IMG/VR virus record: IMGVR_UViG_3300005844_000013
From: a virus
Length of the DNA: 46,324 nt
Strand: one strand, 5' to 3'
Numbering within the stretch: the stretch's first letter is position 1; every line of letters begins with the position of its first letter. The translations under genes were made by a program, and so were the position numbers. Under the pieces are notes generated by a model. The model was not told the origin of the DNA and made no database searches. It saw only the letters and a list, made by a program, of their open reading frames with translations. Positions 1 through 6,558 of the stretch are shown one piece after another.

Positions 1-100
1 CATCGAAATTGACGATCGCGCGAACGTCGTGATCGCCGCGCACGTGAGTGGATTTCGCCGCCCGCTCGGGCTCACCGTGAAGGGCGCGCGGGAGATCGCC
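1..100. repeat. Terminal direct repeat, left copy (identical to 46225..46324)
   Basis: Nt 1-100 (catcgaaattgacgatcgcg...gggagatcgcc) are letter-for-letter identical to the last 100 nt of the window. This fits an end-overlapped circular assembly or a short terminal redundancy. Confidence 0.97.
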
Positions 101-133
101 GCGATTGCGGGATGGCGTGAAGTCGAGCGCTAG
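2..133 (+). CDS. 3' part of a junction-spanning 69-codon hypothetical gene (5' part at 46148..46324; nt 2-100 duplicate 46226..46324)
   Basis: The frame entering at nt 2 (IEIDDRANVVIAAHVSGFRRPLGLTVKGAREIAAIAGWREVER) continues the frame opened by GTG 46148. It stops at TAG 131-133. Confidence 0.55.
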   Translation: MEIDDRANVVIAAHVSGFRRPLGLTVKGAREIAAIAGWREVER

Positions 134-375
134 CCGACGATCGCCCACCCGACGATACTTACGTCGAGGGTCTGGATGGTCAGCAGCCCGAGAATGTTTG
201 AATTGATGACGAATGACACTCCGGGGACGATCGTCCCGACAGTGAGCCGCGCGCCAGGCGTTCCGAGTGGCGTTTGCGGGGTGATGATGACCACCATTCC
301 GGCCATCGCTGCGGTGGTCTGAACCGTCGCTGTTCCGAACGAGAGCGTTGCCGTTCCTGCCGCCGTGATTTGCAT
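130..375 (-). CDS. Hypothetical protein, last gene of the tail-fibre cassette (Gly/Thr/Val-rich, beta-type composition)
   Basis: 81-aa ORF in the track. ATG 375 lies 1 nt after the stop of 377..580. Its stop (130-132) overlaps the stop of the convergent + strand gene (131-133). Confidence 0.55.
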   Translation of the reverse strand: MQITAAGTATLSFGTATVQTTAAMAGMVVIITPQTPLGTPGARLTVGTIVPGVSFVINSNILGLLTIQTLDVSIVGWAIVG

Positions 376-376
376 G

Positions 377-580
377 TCAGGTCAGCCATCCAAGGCAGAG
401 CGCCAACCCCGGAAGCCGATCACCGTAACGGTCCTTCCGCCACGGATTGAGCAGGACTGCGCGACCCCGCCATGAACGGCCCTCGATCGTTTGTCCGCCG
501 CATTCATCGACGAACGGCGCACCGCCGCTTTGCTTCGTTGTCGTAATCACGAGCCTTCCGAAGATCCATGCCTTACTCAT
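377..580 (-). CDS. Hypothetical protein (tail-fibre cassette)
   Basis: 67-aa ORF. ATG 580 is preceded by GAGGAG 8 nt upstream, and that SD overlaps the fibre gene stop (TGAGGAGAGAAGGCGATG). Confidence 0.55.
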   Translation of the reverse strand: MSKAWIFGRLVITTTKQSGGAPFVDECGGQTIEGRSWRGRAVLLNPWRKDRYGDRLPGLALCLGWLT

Positions 581-592
581 CGCCTTCTCTCC

Positions 593-1591
593 TCAGTTCG
601 TCGCCGTGACGATCCACTTCGACAGGCCCCCATCGTAGATGAAACTCGCCGACGATGTACCCGCCCGCAGAACGATGTCCGCGCCGGTCAAGGTCTGAAT
701 CTGATTCGCGGCCGTCGACGTGAGCAGATTTTTGAGCGTCATCTGCTGCGCGGTGGTGTTGAAAATCACGAGTACTTGACCGTCCGTTCCGGCCGCGAAT
801 CCGGAGACGCTGAAGGCGCCCGTCGGGCCGGTGATCCGCACGAATCCTGCGTCCGCAATCGCCAAATCGTTGTTCGCCCCATTCGAGAGCGTCAAAGGCT
901 TGTTCGGGAAGACCGTCGATTTGAAGACCGTCACCTTCCCGGCCTGCGTGAGGGAAAAAATCGTCGACGGACCTGTACCCTCCTCGATGGTCAAGAGGCC
1001 CGTCGTCGCGTCGAGCGTGATATTGACGGCCAGATTGTTCGCCGAGCCGTTCCCGCCGATACGCACGCGCGTAGCCGTCGATGCCCCGCCGAAGATTTGC
1101 TGCCAGATCGTTGCGCCAGGAGGCGCGACACCGATGCCGACGCGGCCGGAGGTCTGCAGCGTGTCCGTCGTCGGTCCAACAAGTGCCGGATTGGTTTGTA
1201 CGACGAACTTGGTGCCGGTGCCGGTCTGCGACGCAATCGCCGTCGCGTTCCCAACCGACGTGATCGGCCCGGTCAGGTTCGCGTTGACCGTCGCGGTACC
1301 GGTGGTGTTACCTGTCCCGCCGCGCGCTACAGGAAGCGTCCCGGAAGTGATCGCCGCGGCATCCAGCGTGCCTCCGTCGGCGGCGTCCTGGTGGTCGTGC
1401 TGCGCGTTGGTAAAGTCGGCGATGGCCGGCGTGCCGAGCGTCGGAGCGGTCCCAAAAACCAGCGCCCCGGAGCCCGTCTCGTCGCTGACGAACGAGCGAA
1501 GTTGATCGGAGGTCAGAACCTCGTCAACGTCGTCGAGATCGTCCGCTTTGCGCCAGCGCCACGGCCAGAAACGTTTGCCGTAGACGGCCAC
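593..1591 (-). CDS. Tail fibre protein
   Basis: 332 aa with a GTG start 3 nt after the upstream stop. Gly/Thr/Ala/Asn-rich repetitive beta sequence. Contains LPVARGGTGNTTGTA, a motif common in phage fibre shafts, and a distinct C-terminal domain. Confidence 0.75.
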   Translation of the reverse strand: MAVYGKRFWPWRWRKADDLDDVDEVLTSDQLRSFVSDETGSGALVFGTAPTLGTPAIADFTNAQHDHQDAADGGTLDAAAITSGTLPVARGGTGNTTGTATVNANLTGPITSVGNATAIASQTGTGTKFVVQTNPALVGPTTDTLQTSGRVGIGVAPPGATIWQQIFGGASTATRVRIGGNGSANNLAVNITLDATTGLLTIEEGTGPSTIFSLTQAGKVTVFKSTVFPNKPLTLSNGANNDLAIADAGFVRITGPTGAFSVSGFAAGTDGQVLVIFNTTAQQMTLKNLLTSTAANQIQTLTGADIVLRAGTSSASFIYDGGLSKWIVTATN

Positions 1592-1594
1592 AGG

Positions 1595-1882
1595 CTACCA
1601 GCGGCGCGGATAATCGGTCGGGACGGGTGGAGAGCTCACGCCGACCGGCTCAGGAACCGGCGGCTGGATGCGGTTCAGCGCGTTGTCGATCGCCGCGATT
1701 TCCTGATCCGCCGCCCGACCGCGCATCTGCGCTTCTTCCCGGCACTTCATCAGCGTCTCGCGCATGGCGTCGAGATCACGGTGCGCGCGAGCCCAAACCG
1801 GCAGCGATTCGGCTGCTTTCGCGGTCCCGACTGAACCGTGGCCGACGAGTCCACCTTGCGCCGCCTGCTGGTATTCGCTCAT
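1595..1882 (-). CDS. Hypothetical protein, first gene of the tail-fibre cassette
   Basis: 95-aa ORF with AGGAGG 7 nt upstream of ATG 1882. Helical, charged composition. Confidence 0.6.
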   Translation of the reverse strand: MSEYQQAAQGGLVGHGSVGTAKAAESLPVWARAHRDLDAMRETLMKCREEAQMRGRAADQEIAAIDNALNRIQPPVPEPVGVSSPPVPTDYPRRW

Positions 1883-2389
1883 GGGATTTCCTCCTGTTCT
1901 GTATGCCCCGCATCCTACGCGCTCCCTTCACTCCCGCGCAACCGCCGAATTTACGCTCCGCTTTCCGCAGGCACTCGGTTGCCGAAATCGACAAGAACTT
2001 ACCCGATTAGAAATTAGCCGAATCGGCCACCGAGACGTGAAATGTCTGAATTTCGTGCGTGGACGGAGATGACGTATGACCCTCCACCTCAACGCTCGCG
2101 CCTGAGGGGTCTGGGCATAGGGCCATGGGCCACGGTCCCCGCCCTACCACCCACCCTCTGCCGCCCACCCTCGCCCGTGGTGGAGGGGTGGGTAGGTGGA
2201 ATGGGGTTGCCCACGCGCGGTAGCCGATCGTGCCTCACGCTGGCTCGTACGCAGCCGCGCGCTACCTCTCGCCCGCGTCAAACCTCAATCCGGTGGGGCA
2301 AGGGCTTGGGGGCTCGACGGCACAGCAGGCGGCTCGGTGCCGGCTAAAGGCGGCAGCAAGTGGGGTCTGCTGCCACGGCGCCTCCGTCC

Positions 2390-2752
2390 CTATTCGGTGA
2401 CGTGTCCCATAATACACGAAATGTTAAATTGGCCGGTTCGCGTAAGTGCTGATGCTGCCGGGGTTACGCGAATCTCAGAATATTCGGCCAGATTATGAGG
2501 GAGACTTACGCCCTTTTCGGGGCCGGAGTTCAGCGATTGACCCGCTTGCTCGGTGGGCGGGTTGGCACGGAACAGCTCGAACTTTGGGTATAACTTCCCG
2601 CAACCCTGCTGTTCCTTCCACGCCTCATCCAACGTCCGGCTGAAGATCGCATCGAAGCATCCGCCGCAGATCGTTCCGCGTTTCGTCCACCGCAACTGAC
2701 AGCCGCACTTGACTCCAAAGACTCGCCACCACAACTGCCAGAACATTCTCAT
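2390..2752 (-). CDS. Cys-rich hypothetical protein (CGC...CGGC zinc-ribbon-like N-terminus)
   Basis: 120-aa ORF with AAGGA abutting ATG 2752. The N-terminal ~75 codons have GC-rich third positions. The last ~45 codons are AT-rich and look non-coding, so the functional C-terminus is uncertain. Confidence 0.45.
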   Translation of the reverse strand: MRMFWQLWWRVFGVKCGCQLRWTKRGTICGGCFDAIFSRTLDEAWKEQQGCGKLYPKFELFRANPPTEQAGQSLNSGPEKGVSLPHNLAEYSEIRVTPAASALTRTGQFNISCIMGHVTE

Positions 2753-2764
2753 TCCTTCATCCTC

Positions 2765-3085
2765 TCACGATTTGGGGGGCCGATCACGTCGTTCGCTCAG
2801 GTAAATACTGACGGCACCACGGAGAATCACAATCGCAGCCAAGATGACGCCCCATGCGATCAGTTCACTCTCGCTCATCTTCGTTCGCTCCTTCACGATT
2901 TGCGGGACAGGGAGGGAGAAGGGTGCGATCGTGTCGTTTTCGCGTCCCCTTCCTTGGGCTGAGATTACCTCAGCGATTCCGTTCATCACCGCGCGAATCT
3001 GTTCGGAGTTTAGTGTCGAAGTGAGTTGTTCGACGTCCACCTTCACGCCGGCGAAAACTTCGATTACTTCGCCCACCTTTGCCAT
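2765..3085 (-). CDS. Hypothetical protein with a C-terminal transmembrane helix
   Basis: 106-aa ORF with AAAGGA abutting ATG 3085. Hydrophobic segment LIAWGVILAAIVILRGAVSIYL near the C-terminus. Confidence 0.55.
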   Translation of the reverse strand: MAKVGEVIEVFAGVKVDVEQLTSTLNSEQIRAVMNGIAEVISAQGRGRENDTIAPFSLPVPQIVKERTKMSESELIAWGVILAAIVILRGAVSIYLSERRDRPPKS

Positions 3086-3423
3086 TCCTTTCGTGTCTCT
3101 ACCTGCATGCGAAGATCGTCACGTTTCGTTGCTGCGCTGCTCGGTTGGTTGCTGGTCGGTGCGCTCGCGTTTGCGGTGGTGCGGATGTCCAGTCCGCGAC
3201 CGTCACACTGAGGCTTGTCGGCGACAGCGTTCGCACTTGCAAGTGAGAATGTGTTTATCGACCACTCGGCATCACCGTCCTTTCGTCACCCGTCCGGTGC
3301 TTCGTCTCATGAAGGCCACCGAACGTGTCAGCGCTGGTTTGACGTGCTTTCGAGGAGGAGGGGAATCGATCTCGGTCTCTGATGGCGGGCGCGCGAGAGC
3401 TTCCCTCCGAATTCGTGTTCTTG

Positions 3424-3621
3424 TCAAGAACTTTCTTGCTTGAATCGTTGGCATCGGCACGCTTTTGTAACCGCATCGCTCAGCCCGTGGAGGCATGTGC
3501 GCGCTGATGTTCCTACCTGCTCGTGTTCGCTCCTGTCGTGCCCGCAGATGCATCGCTTGCGTGCCTTCGCCTGGCGTTCCTTGATGCGCAGCTTTCGATT
3601 GAGCGCACCGAGAGATGGCAT
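3424..3621 (-). CDS. Small zinc-binding-type protein (CxCGHD...H...C...CxC motif), apparent paralogue of 4408..4569
   Basis: 65-aa ORF. Motif KRCICGHDRSEHE...C...CRCQRF. ATG 3621 lies 6 nt after the stop of 3628..3762. Confidence 0.55.
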   Translation of the reverse strand: MPSLGALNRKLRIKERQAKARKRCICGHDRSEHEQVGTSARTCLHGLSDAVTKACRCQRFKQESS

Positions 3622-3627
3622 GGTGCG

Positions 3628-3762
3628 TCAATGCGCGCACAGGAGTTCCACGCGGTTGGCCAGCCATTTCTCGCGCTCGTGACGCGGCACATGCGGCAAC
3701 GACCAACCGACGACGCAGCCTTTGTTGCAACGGGCAACGAGAATCGGCGCGTCACTCATCAT
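3628..3762 (-). CDS. Small hypothetical protein, 44 aa (MMSDAPILVARCNKGCVVGWSLPHVPRHEREKWLANRVELLCAH)
   Basis: Hand-translated; below the 60-aa track cut-off. It fills the gap between two same-strand genes and has protein-like composition with Cys/His pairs. Confidence 0.45.
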   Translation of the reverse strand: MMSDAPILVARCNKGCVVGWSLPHVPRHEREKWLANRVELLCAH

Positions 3763-3809
3763 CGTCACTCACCTACGGCGCTCATGCGTGCCCTTTCGGG
3801 TAGAGTCGG

Positions 3810-4022
3810 TCAATCCGCATGGTGGTCACGTGCGCGCTCGGCCGCTCGCACCATTTCCCGTAGATCACTCATTGAGATTACCCACGTGCCCTCGCCGTCG
3901 TGCTGAAACGCTACTCCGTCCGTGATCTCGCCACAGGCCGAAACGCCTGGATTGAATTGCAACCCTCTCCCGTCACCCACAACCTCGATTTCGTACCATC
4001 CTGCGTATTTGGTCGTCTTCAT
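3810..4022 (-). CDS. Hypothetical protein
   Basis: 70-aa ORF. ATG 4022 overlaps the stop of 4019..4396 (ATGA). Balanced composition. Confidence 0.6.
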   Translation of the reverse strand: MKTTKYAGWYEIEVVGDGRGLQFNPGVSACGEITDGVAFQHDGEGTWVISMSDLREMVRAAERARDHHAD

Positions 4023-4396
4023 CGCATCACAACCTCGACGGCTCCTTGCGCTTCCGTAGCCAGGCGGCGCGGGTTCATTTCACGTGCATTTGCGTGGTCA
4101 GATCCATTCATCAAATCGAAGGTTCCGGCCTGTTTGCGTGCGTACTTCAGGATCGTCGCGAGACGATGCGGCCCCGCAATATCGAAATACTCATCACCGT
4201 ACCGCGTGAACACATGGCAACCGATTCGTCCGCCACGAACGAATCTCGCAATCCACGGCTCACCCTCCGGCCATGCGGTCACCAACATGCGGTGCAGTTC
4301 GTAGCACGCCCCGTTGGTGAACCGCTCGCGCATCCATCGCGGCTCAACCTCGCGGAGGATTTGGATGAACTGCGCGATGTCGCGACGCTTGGCCAT
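4019..4396 (-). CDS. Hypothetical protein (125 aa from MAKRRDIAQF...)
   Basis: Track ORF 4019..4522 trimmed to the internal ATG 4396. The upstream 42 codons are Arg-rich shadow sequence and are occupied by gene 4408..4569. Confidence 0.6.
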   Translation of the reverse strand: MAKRRDIAQFIQILREVEPRWMRERFTNGACYELHRMLVTAWPEGEPWIARFVRGGRIGCHVFTRYGDEYFDIAGPHRLATILKYARKQAGTFDLMNGSDHANAREMNPRRLATEAQGAVEVVMR

Positions 4397-4407
4397 ATCA
4401 GTGGTGC

Positions 4408-4569
4408 TCAGGTCGGTGTCGGCGTTGGTGTCGCTATCTCGAATCCGGCGCACTTGCAGCCCTCGCCGTACATGCAACCGCCGTAGCCGGGGCGCGCGTG
4501 GACGTACATGTCGTGGCCGCACTTACAGGCGATCCAATCGGCCGAATCCGGTTCGCCGTCGTACTCCAT
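4408..4569 (-). CDS. Small zinc-binding-type protein, 53 aa (CxCGHD...H...C...CxC motif), apparent paralogue of 3424..3621
   Basis: Hand-translated: MEYDGEPDSADWIACKCGHDMYVHARPGYGGCMYGEGCKCAGFEIATPTPTPT. ATG 4569 directly abuts the stop of 4570..4803. Below the track cut-off. Confidence 0.55.
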   Translation of the reverse strand: MEYDGEPDSADWIACKCGHDMYVHARPGYGGCMYGEGCKCAGFEIATPTPTPT

Positions 4570-4803
4570 CTACTTCTTCCCCGGCTTCTCGGCCGGCGCC
4601 TTCGCTGCTTTCGGCGGTGCGCTGAGCCGCACCTTCAGCTTGCCGACTTCGGTCAGCAGTTGACCGACGGTCAGTGCTTCCAGTGCGTCCTTCGCTTCGA
4701 CCGCGGCCACGTGCATCGTGGTCAGCATCTTCTCGGTCGTGTCGATCTTGCCGGGGCTGAGGAACTGTTTCGCGAGCAGGTTGATTAGGTTCGGGGACGC
4801 CAT
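4570..4803 (-). CDS. Hypothetical protein (helical, Lys/Ala/Pro-rich tail)
   Basis: 77-aa ORF with clean, non-Arg-biased composition. Confidence 0.65.
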   Translation of the reverse strand: MASPNLINLLAKQFLSPGKIDTTEKMLTTMHVAAVEAKDALEALTVGQLLTEVGKLKVRLSAPPKAAKAPAEKPGKK

Positions 4804-4820
4804 TTCGTTTTCTCCTTCGT

Positions 4821-4970
4821 TCAGCCTTCAAGATTGCGTTTCATCGCTTCGAGTTCGGCGGCGGCCCGTTCGAATTTCGCCTGAGCCTTCGCCTTCTCGC
4901 GCAGCTTGCCAATGCACGATCCGACAGCGGTAAGGCCGAAGCGCTTGACGAGCTTCTGAACTTCAGGCAT
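4821..4970 (-). CDS. Small coiled-coil hypothetical protein (49 aa from MPEVQKLVKRF...)
   Basis: Track ORF 4821..5117 trimmed to ATG 4970, because the upstream part overlaps 5011..5694 and looks like shadow sequence. An earlier TTG start cannot be excluded. Confidence 0.5.
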   Translation of the reverse strand: MPEVQKLVKRFGLTAVGSCIGKLREKAKAQAKFERAAAELEAMKRNLEG

Positions 4971-5010
4971 TGCCGCTTCGCGCGCGGCGCGGTAGCCATA
5001 CAAATCCTCC

Positions 5011-5694
5011 TTACGCTGCTTTTGTGAGAACGATTTCGCCGATGATCTCGCGGTGGAGGCACCCGAACTTCTCGCCGTCCGACACCACATCGCCATAGAG
5101 AGCCACAACCCACACACGCTCGCCTTGCCACTTCTCGGGCTGCATCGTGGCGTGCAGCGTTCCTTTGTGGCACAGGCTCAGGGGGCCTGCGGTCTTCTGG
5201 ATGAGTCCCGGCGCGGCCACTTCTGTAGCACGGCCGCCGTTTGCGGGCTTGCCGAGCGTGTTGGATCGCCAGAACGCCAACACCGTCGCCTCGCGTTCCG
5301 CATTGGCGAGACGGCTCCGGATCGGCTCCGGCCATGATTCGCGCGACGCGAGGTACAACGAGCGCCAATAGCCGTCGCCGGAGCCGTAGCCGTAGCCGTA
5401 GCCGTCGCCGTAGCCGTCGCCGTAGCCGTAGCCGTAGCCGGAGCCGGAGCCGTCGCCGTAGCCGTAGCCGTAGCCGTCGCCGTAGCCGGAGCCGGAGCCG
5501 TAGCCGGAGCCGGAGCCGGAGCCGGAGCCGTCGCCGTAGCCGTAGCCGGAGCCGTCGCCGGAGCCGTAGCCGTAGCCGGAGCCGGAGCCGTCGCCGTAGC
5601 CGGAGCCGTCGCCGTAGCCGGAGCCGGAGCCGTCGCCGTAGCCGACTTGGGCATTCGCCCAAGTCGGCAGTTCACCACGGATTACCCGTTCCAC
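5011..5694 (-). CDS. Gly-X dipeptide-repeat protein: short N-terminus, 46 x (Gly-Tyr/Ser/Asp), C-terminal ~115-aa Cys/His-containing domain
   Basis: Track ORF 5011..5856 trimmed to GTG 5694, which has GGGAGG 8 nt upstream. This is the only frame that continues from the repeat into a complex, protein-like C-terminal domain (..LCHKGTLHATMQPEKWQGERVWVVALYGDVV..FGCLHREIIGEI). Confidence 0.65.
   Translation of the reverse strand: MERVIRGELPTWANAQVGYGDGSGSGYGDGSGYGDGSGSGYGYGSGDGSGYGYGDGSGSGSGSGYGSGSGYGDGYGYGYGDGSGSGYGYGYGDGYGDGYGYGYGSGDGYWRSLYLASRESWPEPIRSRLANAEREATVLAFWRSNTLGKPANGGRATEVAAPGLIQKTAGPLSLCHKGTLHATMQPEKWQGERVWVVALYGDVVSDGEKFGCLHREIIGEIVLTKAA
5368..5643. repeat. Hexanucleotide array, 46 units of GCCGNN (+ strand; NN = TA, TC or GA)
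   Basis: Read directly: gccgta/gccgtc/gccgga units with no interruption. Several frames on both strands are open across it: GYGDGS, RLRLRR and ATATAP on the - strand, SRSRSR on the + strand. Confidence 0.95.
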
Positions 5695-5975
5695 GGCGCA
5701 GCCTCCCACTTCGTAACGGCTTCCGGCGAAACTTCGAGAACGGCGGTGATGTCGCGTAGTTCGATGTCGGCAGGCGGACCAATCTTGCAGTTGCTGTTCG
5801 GTCCGACCGACGCGAGCCCCATGAAGCCGCGCAGATCCGCCGACCAGTAGACGCACAGCCGCGCGCGTTTCAGTTTGATGGTTGCGCCAGACGTGTCCTC
5901 CGCGAAACCGAAGAACACTCCTTTGTGGGCGGTGGTGACGATGACGGGACGCTCGGAAGATTTCTTGGTGACCAT
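5682..5975 (-). CDS. Hypothetical protein
   Basis: 97-aa ORF with AGGAGGAAAGA directly before ATG 5975. Its 3' end overlaps GTG 5694 of the repeat protein by 13 nt. Confidence 0.65.
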   Translation of the reverse strand: MVTKKSSERPVIVTTAHKGVFFGFAEDTSGATIKLKRARLCVYWSADLRGFMGLASVGPNSNCKIGPPADIELRDITAVLEVSPEAVTKWEAAPWNG

Positions 5976-6115
5976 TCTTTCCTCCTATTCGCAGGGGCTT
6001 CCATTCGCACCCTCGATGTTAGACGGCGGCGGCACGATGCTTCCGGCGCTGCCCCTGCGATGGAGTTCCGCTTAGGTTGCGGTTACCGCCACCGCCCAAC
6101 ATCCAAGGAACGAAT

Positions 6116-6271
6116 TCACCGCTTCACTTCGATGTAGAACGATTGCTCCAACCGCACTACGATTTCGGCGTTCAGGCTGCGATGGTTCTTCCTCGCCTCC
6201 TTCGCCAATTTGTCATGCAGTTCGCGCGACCACCTGAGCCGCCCCTCAATTCGTTCATCTCGCTTCGGCAT
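6116..6271 (-). CDS. Arc/MetJ-type ribbon-helix-helix DNA-binding protein, 51 aa
   Basis: Hand-translated: MPKRDERIEGRLRWSRELHDKLAKEARKNHRSLNAEIVVRLEQSFYIEVKR. It has a basic N-terminal strand and the HRSLNAEIVxRLEQS signature typical of Arc-family repressors. Below the track cut-off. Confidence 0.75.
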   Translation of the reverse strand: MPKRDERIEGRLRWSRELHDKLAKEARKNHRSLNAEIVVRLEQSFYIEVKR

Positions 6272-6323
6272 GGGTAGCAATATGGGGCCACCGCTCGGCT
6301 ACGTCAAGCAAAATCTTTCAACG

Positions 6324-6479
6324 TCACGGAACGAATACGACAGGCACCGACGGCCCCTCTTCCGCAGCGTCCGACAGCGCCTCGAACACGCGCCGGATTT
6401 CGGTGAGGGTGATGCTCGTGTGTTCGTGCTCGGTGCCCTTCAAGACGCTCTCGATTGCGCGCATGCTGACTTCGATCAT
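6324..6479 (-). CDS. Small acidic hypothetical protein, 51 aa
   Basis: Hand-translated: MIEVSMRAIESVLKGTEHEHTSITLTEIRRVFEALSDAAEEGPSVPVVFVP. GGAGGAATCC sits directly before ATG 6479. 9 acidic versus 4 basic residues. Below the track cut-off. Confidence 0.6.
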   Translation of the reverse strand: MIEVSMRAIESVLKGTEHEHTSITLTEIRRVFEALSDAAEEGPSVPVVFVP

Positions 6480-6558
6480 GGATTCCTCCGAATCGGAAAA
6501 TGGGCCGGGAAAAAGTCGTGACTTCGAGATTCAATCCCTTCCACCAAAGAGCGACCAT

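Noticed and set aside
593-1591. Diversity-generating retroelement targeting the fibre genes
   Set aside because: No reverse transcriptase ORF anywhere in the genome. No template/variable repeat pair was noticed near either fibre-like gene.
491-1834. 447-aa + strand ORF (and the nested 831..1505 and 1081..1263) antisense to the tail-fibre gene
   Set aside because: Extremely Arg-rich, low-complexity translation typical of shadow frames in GC-rich DNA. The opposite-strand fibre gene has a coherent, motif-bearing product.
1883-2389. tRNA, tmRNA or attP core in the long non-coding spacers (also 6480..7031)
   Set aside because: I could not trace a cloverleaf (acceptor stem plus GTTCRANNC-type T-loop) by eye on either strand, and there is no integrase to go with an attP. 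A tRNAscan-SE/ARAGORN run is needed for certainty.
3255-3476. 73-aa - strand ORF (MRLQKRADANDSSKK...) in the 3086..3423 gap
   Set aside because: It overlaps the upstream gene by 53 nt and has no SD. Its composition is hydrophilic and featureless and its codon bias is undistinguished. It cannot be excluded, but it is not supportable.
5368-5643. Possibility that the periodic array is a CRISPR array or a satellite-type mobile repeat
   Set aside because: The period is 6 nt with no spacers, there is no leader and there are no cas genes. It is an in-frame coding microsatellite.
4841-5759. Long ORFs reading (RLRLRR)n, (ATATAP)n and (SRSRSR)n across the hexamer array (4841..5662 -, 5178..5678 -, 5241..5759 +)
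   Set aside because: They are open only because the GCCGNN array lacks stops in every frame. Outside the array they run into other genes or Arg-rich shadow sequence. Only the Gly-X frame joins an SD-preceded start to a complex C-terminal domain.
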